From assembly GCA_002633005.1 (NCBI GenBank), contig NMRA01000036.1, positions 124,001 through 188,000 on the forward strand: a stretch of 64,000 nucleotides of DNA, written 5' to 3'. Positions 24,301-39,300 of the stretch are shown here, one piece after another. A program made the translations under genes and the position numbers. Within the stretch, counting starts at the first letter, position 1; every line of letters starts with the position of its first letter. Source of the DNA: Phoronis australis (Eukaryota; Animalia; Phoronida). Below the pieces are notes generated by a model. The model searched no databases, had not been told where the DNA came from, and saw only the letters and a program-made list of their open reading frames with translations.

Positions 24301-27300
24301 CCAAAGCTGCATGAGTGTCCTTTTAACTTGCTTTTTTCTGAAAGACAGGAGGCAATGATGTCCTGCGGGAATTTCAGCCATGATTACCGTTTTTGTTCAC
24401 AGCTATGGCCTCCATTATTTGCATGAGGTTTGCGGTGTTCCTTACGACTGGTGCGATAATCAGAAGCAGACAGCTCTCATGATAGTGTCGATGCATGGTC
24501 ACATGGAGGCGCTGAAGTACTTGCTGAAGGGCGACGTAAGTTTCGCTTTAAAAGCAGGTTTATGCTAGCACAGGGATATGCAACCATTGAATGTTTTTGA
24601 ATGAAAGCAGTTGCTTGGCTGAATCTCTTACACAGTTGATGTCTCATGATATTGATCTAATCTGAATATACAACTTCAAATTCAATCTTAATTGCACATT
24701 TTTCTTCTTTTAGTATTAAGTCAAGATAACTGTCTTTGATGTTGGGCTCAGATGGCCAATAAACCAAGCTCGCATTCAGTGTCTGAGTTCTTAATTTCTA
24801 CGTTGTGGCATCATCAGTGGTAAAGTTACTCTAAATTTGTCTATCAGGGCCCTCAATCCCTCAATTGTGGGGTTGAATATCGGCCCTATTCCTCTCTGAC
24901 AAATATTAAAAAATCATGTGAAATTCCTCTCATAAGGCCCATAAATTCATCTCAAGTGATTGAAAAATTCCCCTCGAGGTTCAAATCATCAGTAATTCAA
25001 ACCGGTGGCAATTTGAAAGAGTGCAAAATGTTAGTTTTGGCTACCTGAGGCAGAGTCTGTGAGGGCTTGCAACATGGTGGGGGTGCTATTAATGGTGATC
25101 GGAAGGTAGAATTTCCTCCTTGCACCAAAAAGTTCCCCTCCCAGAAGGCACAAGCACCTTTCCCCTAGGATGAATGAGGGTCCTGTTTACACTGACCAAG
25201 CACAAAATGAGACGCCAATCTGGAGTTCTTAATAAAATTATAACGTAAAAATCAACTTGTGATTGATAGAGTTGCAGATCAGAGATTAGATTTCAGACTT
25301 TGACGTTACACAGCTAATGATGTGAAGATGGTGGAATAACTCTCAGAAGCACGTCAACATTAAAAGGTTGCGTTTTATTGATACTTCAAGCTGTAGATTA
25401 CTGCCTGCTGTGCAAGGATAGTATAATTATTCTTAGTTTTATTTTGACTTGTTGAGACTTTGATCTCGTTCAAAACATTTACCTTTGTTTTGCCGCAGGG
25501 TTACTGACATCAGAATTCTATTGCTGAACATTGATTACAAACAGCCTAAGTTAGAACTGTGTAACCAGATCTCGCAACATTAAGTTCTGTTTTCAAAAAC
25601 TGGGCCTGCATTACGCTGATCGTTTTAAAAGAATATGCTTCGTTCTTTTACAGAGGGTTAACATTCATCATGCTGATGCAAATGGTAATACGGCACTACA
25701 CATAGCGGCCTTACAGGGACATCTTTTGGTAGCTTGGTGGCTGGTCGTCAAAGGCAGATGTAAGACAGTGCATGCCAGGAACAAAGAGAGTCTCACCCCA
25801 CTTGACCTAGCGCACAAGACCAAGGATTTAAAGCAAGTATATTTCATAAGAGTTTCTGTCAATTGATGTATGTGACAACCTGGGAATATTTTTTAACCTT
25901 ACCCAAATTAGCTTTGTTATAGGAATATTCTGCTACTAAGTAGTTATTCTCCAACTACTAATCATTGCGGCTTTCCTAGTTATCTTACACAGTGTTAGCA
26001 TTCCTTTCAGTGTCTCACAATGATGTAGCTTGTGGTCAGGCTTTCTTCGCCCATGGTGATTGCACGTATTGGCCGGAATGTTGGCATTTTGCTTCACGTT
26101 ATGCAACGTACCCAAAAAACGCCTGATAGGATGCCTTATTTTTGAGACATGGTCTGGCACGTAAACAAATTGCAGATTCTCGTTGCCTTTAACTGTTGTG
26201 AATGGTCGCGCTAATGGCAGTGGTGCATAAACATTAGAGAGATCCTTGATTGTTGTTATCTTATAATCTTGGCAGCCATCTGTCTCGAGAGACAATGAAC
26301 ATGCGCCCTCTGTCAGTCATTGGTTGGATTGCAGTGTCGCCTGTGGCTAAAAAGTCCGATTCTGGAGTTTCAAGTTCTGTTGCAGTTGTCACGTGTATGC
26401 TTGGTCCTGATCAGTAGGCGCAGAGGTTGCCCTCTGATGCCTTTGTTCTTTAACTAGTGCCTGCTTTTCATCTCTTCTTTTCTTGCTGGTTTGGATGCAC
26501 GACTAGACAGTCGACCTCCACCTGCTGTGATCGGGGGCCACAGCTTCCCAATCTGCGACGTTGATGTTTCCCGTCTTCAGATCACGCTTGCAAACATCTT
26601 TTTAAGGGAGCATTGGTCTTCCTGCAGGTCTGGTTCCAGTGGCAACCTCTCCATAAATGTATCTGGCATTCTCCCATCGTCTATGCGCCTCATGTGGCCA
26701 AGCCAGTGGAGGCACCTTTGGGTAACCATTGTGCACATGCAAGGCAGTACCACCTGGGTTAGAACTTTGTTGTTGGAGTCATGATCCAGCCATTTAATGC
26801 CAAGTATCCTTCTCAGCCAGCACACATGAAAAGTTGAGTCTGCCTTTGACGGGTGTATAGGGGCCATGATTCGCTGCTGTATAGGAGAGTGCTGAAGATA
26901 CAAACCTGGTAGACTTTCATCTTGGGGTTGGTGGTCAGCATACGATTATTGATTGTTTTACTTGGTTCTTATCTAGATGGCGATCTCATTTTGTTCCAGA
27001 TATTACTCAAAAGGCTACTACAGGTTATTTTGTTATATTTATAAATAAAAACATTGGTTTCTTAGTTAATAAGATATTATTTAGTTTTTGTGTTATGTGC
27101 TTTGTGTTTGCTACAGTCTATAGTTTGCAAGTTAAACTGGAGAGACTTCAAACGAACTCTGCCAGATTTTGCCAAGCTTGGCTGGAATTATTTGGCAGTT
27201 TGATGCAACTTTAGTTGTAATGAAATTGATTTTTTGTTGGATTTAAATTAAAGTTAAATATGTCGTTATTTCACCTAGCCACTAATGGTTAATCTGTAAA

Positions 27301-30300
27301 TGGATGTACCGTATTCTCCCTAATAAGCGCCTCAGGTGTTTATTAAGGTGAATACGGTAACTATTGATATTTTAACGCACTATGTGGCACATTTGTTTTT
27401 GGTGTTTTTGAAGACATGGGTGGTTTTAAGCACGTTAAAGTCTTAGACACTCTAACTAAATTCTTGTGGTAATGGGTATCGTTTTATAATTTGATATTTT
27501 TTATTATTTTTTTGTCTCGATTAATGCCTGTGTTTAGCTTTACACCCAACCCTTTTGAAATTAAAACGTTTAACGTTCTAATTTATATCACATTCTTAAG
27601 GTTAAAGCCATTGGAACACTGTAATATTGCAGACACAAGGAGACAGCTGACTTGCTTAAGTGGGTATGGCTGTTCCCTGACACCAACTACCAGCCGCAAG
27701 GTCCTACCATTGGCTGGTACTGGCATTTGTTCATGCCTTCTGTCTGGTTCATCATGGCTGCCGTGCTTTCAAAGGTTCTTGGGCCATTCGTATATGGCGA
27801 GGGTGTCGTGATGACGGTGTGTATGGGATTCACAGTGTTTACCATACTGAAACATCAGCATAGGATCGAGCATGTGTCCAAGTGAGTTGTTTGGGGTTGA
27901 TACACTCAGTAATGTGTAAAGGATTCTCAATATTTACCATTATGTGTGTGTATAATTTATTTGAATGTACCATACTCGTCCGGGTTACGGCCCATGCTCA
28001 GCTTACTGCCCACACCCGAAAATTTCAATTTTTCATTTTTAAGCACCCATGCTCAGCTTACCACCCATCCCCAATTTTTCACGATCGAGACTTCCGTAAA
28101 AGTGTCTGTGCTTCTGTGAACCTTTGTCGCACAAAATTAAGATTCCAAAACGTGCGCAACTCGCTTACCTTTCTGTGACAATCAGTCAGATTTAGTGGAA
28201 CAGGGACCTTGCCTTACTATGGCTGTAAAATACCTGAATTCTCATGCCCTTTACTGAAGGAGACACAATTTTTTCCTTTGACTCACTCGCGGAACTAGTG
28301 TTAGCATGTACTGATCACTGAGACTGCACTTGTCAAATGTATTTCATTTGGTGTAAAAGAACCAGCAAAGCAGTACTTGACAGGGATATCACGCCTGTGG
28401 CCAACCTTTCTGTGATTCCCCGTGACAGTACGTGAAACATAACCACCCTGAGCATTGAAATAAGAAAAGGCATAGTCCATTGTGACGAGCCAACTTGTGT
28501 AGCTGGTTAAACGCATGCTTTTAATGACTTTCACTCCTGACACCAAAATGGAAGCGCCCAACCCAAGACAAGAGCTCAAAACAATCAACTTGTCATTAGC
28601 GCAAGTCGAACATTCTGTCCATGTTCCACCTGGTCAGAACCTTATTTTTTAACTTTTGATTTGCCTGATGACTTTTTACTAGATGGGTTTTTGCTTGGCA
28701 GCTGACCGAGTACCCCCATTGCCTAATAGTAGTATCATCGATTGTTGAGCACGTGCTTTGAACAACAGCACTGTTGGTTTGAACTAGAAAAAGAAATATA
28801 CAATGTAATGTTACATTGTTCAAAGTATTCAATGAGAAGTCAATCATTAGCATGTTCTTGGTTGCCTAAGTGTCCAGCTGGAAGCAATCTTTATACAATC
28901 AAGTTCTTCCCTTAAAGCTCCACTGCGAACTAGCAGAGTCTTGTTTGATCTGTCTTTTCTCTTAAGAAACTTGACCTACTGAACGCACGCCTACCTGTAG
29001 GAATACCTTAGTGCTAAGAGTTGACCAGCAGCGACCGAGGTACGTAAAAACCCAATCACGCTCAGGATCACGACCCCATTATCGTGTGCACAGGCCGTCG
29101 AAGTCCGTTACTTCAATCCCTGACCTATATTTTAACCGATATGCTTGAAGTCTGATGTCAGTGTAGCTCCGTCAGGGTAAAATCGGTCCTCCATGCAGTA
29201 AGCAACAACTCCCGACTTGTCATAAATTTCGATTTTAACTGCCCATGCTCGGTTTACCACCCACCCCCTGTTTTTTTAGATTCCCATTTTAAGCACCCTG
29301 GGCGGTAACGTGGACGGGTACGGTACTTGGTGGACCTTCCATGAATTTTTGTTTTCGTACCGTGTATTTGTCTTGATACGGTCGTGCGGTAACCATTTCA
29401 TTTGACCATGCAATAAAGGGATATTGTGGAGCCATGTGTCACAGTTACTGGTCGTCCTACGCATATTGACCGAAAAGAGAGTCGGTAAAGAAGTGCTATG
29501 ACTCTTTCATATGTTGCATAAATACGTTAAACTACAGGATGTTTGATATCAGTTTTGTGTTATTAGCCTCGGTTGCTGTGCCAAGTATTTTCACTTGGTC
29601 AAATGTATTTACTCAAAGTGAAATGGTAGAGAATGGTAATAGTCACATGATTAGTGAAGTGTAGCAACAAGTGTGTTTTGAGGTTATAAACGCACTGTTA
29701 TGTTAACATTTAGATGTGTTCAAAATCATTCTGCTGACCATTTAACTAAAAAATGTTATGCGTGAATTATAGTATGTTAATGAGGTCTCTTAGTAAAATT
29801 AAGAAATATCAATGTTAAACATTCTAAAGATGCAACCTTTTCAAGATACTCTTACCGCCTCTGTTCACTTAAAACTTCATACAAGGTATTTGACCATACA
29901 CCAATCTAGTTTATGTTTATTCCCAAATGTTTTCAAAATAACCAGAACGAATTCTGGAAATTTCAAAAGAATTTTGAATTTTTGGTTGTTTACTTACAAA
30001 GTAGCAGCCACGGTTAAGTAGCCTAGTGAATTTTACTTTATGAATTTCCACTAAAAACACAAATGCCTACAAGGTTGTAATTTGCAAAATGATTTAGTAT
30101 TTTCCAATTCGCCAAATTTCTGCCAGATCATCCTAGATTGCCACGATGGTGTTTTTTGTGTTCAAATGGAAAATTAGTCTCAAATGGAAAGTTATGAGTC
30201 TTTCGTTGAAAGTACTATGTAGCAACCAATTTTCTCCTCATGCGCACAGGCTCTTCTCCCCAGACAGACGAACACGATTGGGCTCTTCTGATTTTTGTTG

Positions 30301-33300
30301 AACAATTCTGACTTCCGTCTGTTTACTTCCTGAAGTATTTTGAGTGGATGTTGTGGCGACTTCATGGCGACCTGTAATTTTTACCATGTCGCCAAACAAA
30401 ATCTGAGGTTGCAGTGGCGATCCCTTCTGTGTCTTTAAAATAGATTTGTTTACTTGTATTGCATTTTCCTGACATTATGTATGTTCTGTCTGATTTAGAC
30501 CTGAAACGGACATAAATTTTGTTTAAATAATTACTGTGTTGCTATATTGATTTGTTCAATCTTGCATTCAAATTGATCGTGTGATGGATATCATGCATAG
30601 TTATCATTCAAGTCATAATGATGTTAATCTTCTTATTTTATCAATTCTGTACTTTGTTGTGATTTCAGGTGGCCTAACCCTATATATGCTGGATGTTTTG
30701 GAGGCGGATTCATAGGCAGTATTATCATCTTCTATTGGAAAGTTTTTCCCTGTATCCTTTTAAAAAGCCTTAGTTTCAAATTCTCCGTAATCATCATGTC
30801 ACTGGCGGCTTAGGCAAACATTTGGAGGAAGAAAGCAAATTATCGTACTGTACAAAAATTGAAGGTGACGGGAGCAGGCAAGAGCATCACTCAAAGCATT
30901 CTCTGAGGTCACCAAAAAGCAGATGCCATCTTCTTTCCGAGAAATTTATCATTGATAGTCAAATGCTATGAAAGTCACAGTGCAACCATTAGCTATCTAA
31001 TGACAAGAACTCGTCACTTTTCAAAGACATAGCATAATCTAAATGACCATCTCTGATTCATTAAGTTATATCACTTTATTAACTGATTTGGTAGCAATAC
31101 GTACATTATACAAACTATGTTGACATTGATGTTGACATTCAGCATTGAAGTTGAGCTGTCATAAAGTGTTTGAATCCAACAAAAGAACTATATTTATTTC
31201 TCTGGTAATATCGTAAATACTTGTAATTGCTTCAAAACACAATGCATACCTATTTACATCTAAAAATTAGAGGTCTGTTTGTTTATTTACTGAAAATTAA
31301 GCCATCTTCTGGAGATGCAGTATTAAAGCCCATCAGCTGGTAAGGCCATCTTTATACCGTCTGTTTCTTCTTATACCCTACCAAAACTCATCCGCCATGG
31401 ATAGTGCAGTGAGTAATGGTATTATTTTTCATTACTGGGGTGGACACATTTTTATTGCAAGAATACAGAATCTATTTGAACGATGATTGAGAAAATTACT
31501 TTCAATTGTCAGATTAGTTAAGTGTTTTAGTTTTGCCCATATTTTATTGTTAACTGCACAAGGGGATTAAAGCATTTTGATTTATGCTTAATTTGGTCAG
31601 GTGTAATGTTGTTAACTTCAAACCCGAACGGTTGTTGCAGTGTATGTGAATCTAGTGGCAGAAACAACAGTGCATGTGGTCTGATGCACATTAATCAGAT
31701 GAGAACAGGCTTCTTAGCTGGGCCGTTGCATGAAACATCAGAAAATTTTCTTGATTTAGTTGTTAATATAACACATATACACATTAAGACCAAGGTGAGG
31801 AGCTTGAGACCTGACTCAAGGGTCTAGCAGCGGGGTCCAACGAGATTTGAGAACAAGAAGTGGACACTCATCCCTCTAGTCCACCCTGTCCCTTTTGGTA
31901 GATACATTGTTGTTTTAACAGAGCAGTGCTTACTAGATATTTTAAGAAGCCCATTATGTATTTCAAGACAAAAAGAGGTTTTGAAAATGTAAGTAAGTTC
32001 AAAGGTATGATGGTGCATTGCACAAAAAGAATTTCCAAAATTTTATTGTTCTTGTTTTTCTAGTTTTCATTAATGTTGATTTATTTATTGCAAACCATGA
32101 AAACTGCCAAAAGTTGTTTTGTGACATGTTCACTATGCAGACGAAACTGATGATGTTATACAAAAATCTTCTTAATCTTAGTATTTTTGTTGAGAAATTT
32201 GACAATTGAAATCAAACCCCTCTCGGTTATTGCTATTGTGTTAAATAGGTCATGAACTATGGAGTGTTTAGGAATTCATTAACTTGTATTTACCTTAACA
32301 TTTTGTCACAGATATATCTGACAAGTTCCTTATAGTAGGCCCTTTAGTTTTGTTGACACCTGTCACGTTGTATCAGTATTGGCAGCTATTGAAGAGAGAT
32401 CCAGGTAAGACCTGCTTTGTTATGTCATTCAGTTCTACCTTGTCTTTGCAGTGGCCCTTCTTGTGGTGATCTTTAGGTCTGTATGAAACCTGCTTTGTAA
32501 AAATTGTGAAGTTCAGCACTGGTACCGAAATGAATTTCTTCAAGATTGAGTTACTAAACTGACGTTTCACCTGACAGCCACATTCATTATCTCACGTACA
32601 TGTGACATGACTTGTGCAGAAACATTTATTTTACTTACACCAACAAATATCTGAGAGAGGGAATGATTTTAAATTTCATTAGGACTTATTGCCGGTATAC
32701 GAACCCTTGAGAACACCTCCGTGTATCAATTAAGGTAATGATCTTGAGGTGGAAGCAGGATTTGTCACGCCACTTTTGCTCAGAAACAATAGCCATTTTC
32801 CAGGTTTAATAGAAGTCTTAAAATAAATATCCAAACAAATACACCTGTGTCTGCATTGATGCATCCTTATTCACAGTAGGCCAAAGTCAATCACTATTTA
32901 TTTTACTTAGATTTTATTTCTGTGGAGCTCCTTTACTGATGGAGAGCACAAGCCCATGTAGTTGGACTTTGAGGCTTCATCAAAATCACGGGCAATGTCC
33001 AATAGAACAAAATATGATATGTCTAGATACCAGGTTTTAAAATTTCAACCCAACTACCATTTCCATGGACCCAGTGTTTTATCTTGTACACTCCAGAATC
33101 TGGTGAGGGCAGTTGTCACTCTGTGGGATAAATCATGCCAAAAGGAGGTGCATAAGCCGTTTGAGTTTCACCATTTTAAAGTTAAAAAGCTGCAAACAGT
33201 TAGGATGTTTTTGTAGGTGTCATACATGAACACTATGATTTGATTTTTTGTCAGTTTCAAGTCATTTCACCTAGCTAATACTAGGTCACATTCCTCAGAA

Positions 33301-36300
33301 AAATACAAATCGGTAAATAAAACAACAATAATGGATCAACTGAAATTTGAAATTTTCGGATGTAATAACTTTCTTTATCAACAAAAACAGAAATAAAGTA
33401 AAATCAAACACAAAATGACAATTGACATATAAGATATGGTGTAATGAAAATGATACATTTTTGCGTAAAAAAATTCAATGACATTTTAAGAAGTTTTTAT
33501 GTTCAATCCATGAGGTTCTATTGTATTAAGTTGCTTGATTAAACTTTCTTCCATTCATGTTACCTCATTTAGGATCCACTATTATGATGGATGCTTCAGA
33601 TAAGAAGATGATAAATAACGTAGAAAATATATCTGAAACTAAATAAGGCTATCCAGATCCTCCCAAGGATACTATTGTTTCATGAAATGAAGAATATAAA
33701 TCGGTAAATAAAAAAACATTATAATGGATCAACTGAAATTTGAAATTTTCGGATGTAATAACTTCCTTCAGTAAAATACTAAGCATATGAGGATGGTACT
33801 GCGCCAAATAGCTGCGAGAATTTACAAGACAAGACGAGACAATGAAATCCAACACCAGGTGGCAGTGTGTATTTTAGCAAGAAAAGTTTCCAAATGTTGA
33901 GTTCATGCTAAAACATAGTTTTGCATCTAGCGCTCTACCAATTTCAAGTTTGTTTACCTAGTAGTAATCAAATTTAGTTTTGTGTATTTTACTGCGAAAA
34001 TTACAGTTGACCTATCTCTGTAATCCAGTGGACCTTAGGTGACAGTGGTTTATGGTTAGTGGGTGGCCACAGAGTGCACAGCTTACGATCCATGGACATG
34101 TAATCAGCTGATACACCAAGGAACCTTGTTTCAGATTTGTGCATGTCTTTTCTCTGTGGAGCGTAGCACTTGAATGTAGCCTATATTCTCAGCGCGATAA
34201 CCCTCAAGAGCCAAGGTTAAAACCTGTTTGAAATGAGGGACTTGGAATGAAATTTGTTGCATATTCTGTCTAATCTAGGGTAGGAAGATTCTTACTTTAC
34301 AAAGTGGTTTTCTTCTACTGGTATTTCTCAGTAGTTGTCTAAAATTTGCTAAAGTTGGAGTTAACACCGATGAAGGAGTTACAACTTTACAGATTGAAGC
34401 TACTGGTAAACATTCCATCTAGGTAAACAAATAAGCTGTGATGTCAAAAAACCTGTGATATGTCATGTTCCCACTTTTGCCTGATGTTCTCATGCAGACA
34501 CTGTTAATGTTTACCTGAGTTTCTGCCGTCATGTGGTCACTTTTATCAAAGGGCATTAGTCCAGTCTTAGCACATTATTGCAAACACGGCACTGCATTTT
34601 TAGAGAAGCAAAAATAGTGCAATTCGTGTAAAGTTGATAATTTTTTATATTCAGAGTTAATGACCATTTGATGAGCTGTGTTAATGAATTGTGTACAAAT
34701 TATTAAAATGCGGACTTGCAACTTCTTAAACAGGACCCAGTTGATTATGTTTGAGCAATCATAAAGATCTCAAAAAACACACAAGCAATCGATATAAAGC
34801 CTAAATAAGAGACCTTGATAAAAAGTGTAACAATAATAACATTTTGACTTCGGTTTGATATTTGTTTTAGTGATCTGTACGAAGTATTGTTCTAGGTGCA
34901 GTGACAAAGTCTGCCATGAAAGCAGATGGGTCCTACTACAGCATAAAAGATCTAGGTTCGGGAGTACTCAAGGCTGAATCTTTTTGTATTGCTTGCGAAG
35001 TGAGTGCTTCTAGAATAAATTACATGAGAATTTAATCTCAGTCTGTTCTCTCGAGTTCTACTTTTCGTTGTATCTTGTGCTGTATATTACATCACTGCAG
35101 TTTGTATGATTTAAGAAAGTCAGGGCCGAGGGTCTAGTATTTGTGCTCAAAATCAAACTCAAAATTATTATTTCTGACATTTTCTATAATTCCACTTTTT
35201 GTGCAGAGCTCAGGGTAACTGTCTATCATTCTTTGCTTGAGCATATTATGGTTTATGAAATGTTCGTCTAATCCCAATTTGCAGTTGATGTCCCCAATAT
35301 TATACTGATAAGTTCGAGTCAAAACTCAAGTAGTTTTTACTCAAAATCTTAAGATTTCACTCATTTGTAACTCAAATGTAGGTGTCATCTAATCCAAGCT
35401 TGGACTAGACACTCATCGGCATATACCATAGTATACTCGAGCGCAATATAATAGGCAGTTATTTTGAGTTCATTTTTAAGTAGAATGAAAAAGGTAAAAA
35501 ATAATTGTGAGTTTGTCTTCGAGCAAAAAGAGTACACTCTGGCCTAGAAATTTTTATGGGGCGAAAATTAATGAAAAATATTTCATTCTCAACTGCCTTT
35601 GAACACGTTTTATGTAGTTTTATAATGTAATGTTTGAGGTGAAGTTGAATGAAATTAATCTGTGAAATTTTGATGCAAATTTTTGTTTTGACATTTTGTT
35701 GATTTAAGAAAAACGATTGTTGGTAAATTTTGAAAACTACTGTATGTTCCATCGTGAAAACGTCTTAACAGTTTAAGAGTAATGACCCTTCTGGTGATTT
35801 TGCTGCATTTCAGACGGTGCGTCCTGATAAGGGTACAGAACGAATCAAACACTGTAAGTTGTGCGAAATGTGCGTGTACGGTATGGACCACCACTGCCTG
35901 TACCTGTTGAAATGTGTAGCACGGCACAACCACAGGCTATTTGTCATCTTCATCGCTGGTCTGCTATCTGCGATGGTATTGTTTGTGATAGGCATGGCAA
36001 ACAGTTTACAACTACAGTATCCTGATGCAGACGGCTTTGGTGATATAGCCACTCGAGCGTTTAAAGAAAACAGTCTTATACTGAGCACCATGTTCCTTAA
36101 TGTAGCATCTGTGATATGGGGTTGGGTCCTATTATATAGTCAGCTGAAAGTGATCGCTCAGGGTTTCACGTCTGTGTTCCAGCCAATGTTCAATACAGAC
36201 TCTGGTCTCACCAGTGGGGAGAAGCTGATGAACATTTTGTATTTTTTAGGCGGGAGAGAGATTTATGCAANNNNNNNNNNNNNNNNNNNNNNNNNNNNNN

Positions 36301-39300
36301 NNNNNNNNNNNNNNNNNNNNNNNNNNNNNNNNNNNNNNNNNNNNNNNNNNNNNNNNNNNNNNNNNNNNNNNNNNNNNNNNNNNNNNNNNNNNNNNNNNNN
36401 NNNNNNNNNNNNNNNNNNNNNNNNNNNNNNNNNNNNNNNNNNNNNNNNNNNNNNNNNNNNNNNNNNNNNNNNNNNNNNNNNNNNNNNNNNNNNNNNNNNN
36501 NNNNNNNNNNNNNNNNNNNNNNNNNNNNNNNNNNNNNNNNNNNNNNNNNNNNNNNNNNNNNNNNNNNNNNNNNNNNNNNNNNNNNNNNNNNNNNNNNNNN
36601 NNNNNNNNNNNNNNNNNNNNNNNNNNNNNNNNNNNNNNNNNNNNNNNNNNNNNNNNNNNNNNNNNNNNNNNNNNNNNNNNNNNNNNNNNNNNNNNNNNNN
36701 NNNNNNNNNNNNNNNNNNNNNNNNNNNNNNNNNNNNNNNNNNNNNNNNNNNNNNNNNNNNNNNNNNNNNNNNNNNNNNNNNNNNNNNNNNNNNNNNNNNN
36801 NNNNNNNNNNNNNNNNNNNNNNNNNNNNNNNNNNNNNNNNNNNNNNNNNNNNNNNNNNNNNNNNNNNNNNNNNNNNNNNNNNNNNNNNNNNNNNNNNNNN
36901 NNNNNNNNNNNNNNNNNNNNNNNNNNNNNNNNNNNNNNNNNNNNNNNNNNNNNNNNNNNNNNNNNNNNNNNNNNNNNNNNNNNNNNNNNNNNNNNNNNNN
37001 AAAATTTTCTTGATTTAGTTGTTAATATAACACATATACACATTAAGACCAAGGTGAGGAGCTTGAGACCTGACTCAAGGGTCTAGCAGCGGGGTCCAAC
37101 GAGATTTGAGAACAAGAAGTGGACACTCATCCCTCTAGTCCACCCTGTCCCTTTTGGTAGATACATTGTTGTTTTAACAGAGCAGTGCTTACTAGATATT
37201 TTAAGAAGCCCATTATGTATTTCAAGACAAAAAGAGGTTTTGAAAATGTAAGTAAGTTCAAAGGTATGATGGTGCATTGCACAAAAAGAATTTCCAAAAT
37301 TTTATTGTTCTTGTTTTTCTAGTTTTCATTAATGTTGATTTATTTATTGCAAACCATGAAAACTGCCAAAAGTTGTTTTGTGACATGTTCACTATGCAGA
37401 CGAAACTGATGATGTTATACAAAAATCTTCTTAATCTTAGTATTTTTGTTGAGAAATTTGACAATTGAAATCAAACCCCTCTCGGTTATTGCTATTGTGT
37501 TAAATAGGTCATGAACTATGGAGTGTTTAGGAATTCATTAACTTGTATTTACCTTAACATTTTGTCACAGATATATCTGACAAGTTCCTTATAGTAGGCC
37601 CTTTAGTTTTGTTGACACCTGTCACGTTGTATCAGTATTGGCAGCTATTGAAGAGAGATCCAGGTAAGACCTGCTTTGTTATGTCATTCAGTTCTACCTT
37701 GTCTTTGCAGTGGCCCTTCTTGTGGTGATCTTTAGGTCTGTATGAAACCTGCTTTGTAAAAATTGTGAACTTCAGCACTGGTACCGAAATGAATTTCTTC
37801 AAGATTGAGTTACTAAACTGACGTTTCACCTGACAGCCACATTCATTATCTCACGTACATGTGACATGACTTGTGCAGAAACATTTATTTTACTTACACC
37901 AACAAATATCTGAGAGAGGGAATGATTTTGAATTTCATTAGGACTTATTGCCGGTATACGAACCCTTCAGAACACCTCCGTGTATCAATTAAGGTAATGA
38001 TTTTGAGGTGGAAGCATAACTTGTCACGCCACTTTTGCTCAGAAACAGTAGCCATTTTCCAGGTTTAATAGAAGCCTTAAAATAAATATCCAAACAAATA
38101 CACCAGTGTCTGCATTGATGCATCCTTATTCACCATAGGCCAAAGTCAATCACTATTTATTTTACTTAGATTTTATTTTTCTGGAGCTCCTTTACTGATG
38201 GAGAGCACAAGCCCATGTAGTTGGACTTTGAGGCTTCATCAAAATCACGGGCAATGTCCAATAGAACAAACTATGATATGTCTAGATACCAGGTTTTAAA
38301 ATTTCAACCCAACTTCCATTTCCATGGACCCAGTGTTTTATCTTGTACACTCCAGATTCTGGTGAGGGCAGTTGGCACTTTTCCGTGGGATAAATAATGC
38401 CAAAAAGAGGTGCATAAGCCATTTGAGTTTCACCATTTTAAAGTTAAAAAGCTGCAAACAGTTTGGGTGTTTTTGTAGGTGTCGTACATGAACACTATGA
38501 TTTGATTTTTGTCAGTTTCAAGTCATCTCACCAAGCGAAAACTAGGTAACATTCCTCAGAAAAATACTACGTATATGAGGATGGTACTGTGCCAAATAGC
38601 TGCGAGAATTTACAAGACGAGACGAGACAATGAAATCCAACACCAGGTGGCACTGTGTGTTTTAGCAAGAAAAGTTTCCAAATGTTGAGTTCATGCTAAA
38701 CATAGTTTTGCATCTAGCGCTCTATCAATTTCAAGTTTGTTTACCTAGTAGTAATCAAATTTAGTTTTGTGTATTTTACTGCGAAAATTACAGTTGACCT
38801 ATCTCTGTAATCCAGTGGACATTAGGTGACAGTGGTTTATGGTTAGTGGGTGGCCACAGAGTGCAGAGCTTACGATCCATGGACATGTAATCAGCTGATA
38901 CACCAACGAACCTTATTTCAGATTTGTGCATGTCTTTTCTCTGTGGAGTGCAGCACTTGAATGTAGCCTATATTCTCAGCGCGATAACCCTCAAGAGCCA
39001 AGGTTAAAACCTGTTTGAAATGAGGGACTTGGAATGAAATTTGTTGTGTATTCTGTCTAATCTAGGGTAGGAAGATTCTTGCTTTAAACAAAGTAGTTTT
39101 CTTCTACTGGTATTTCTCAGTAGTTGTCTAAAATTTGCTAAAATTGGAGTTAACACCGATGAAGGAGTTACAATTTTACAGATTGAAGCTACTGGTAAAC
39201 ATTCCATCTAGGTAAACAAATAAGCTGTGATGTCAAAAAACCTGTAATATGTCATGTTCCCACTTTTGCCTGATGTTCTCGTGCAGACACTCTTAATGTT

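Noticed and set aside
35817-37086. Long ORFs of 268-398 aa
   Set aside because: Artefacts of translating through the N gap.
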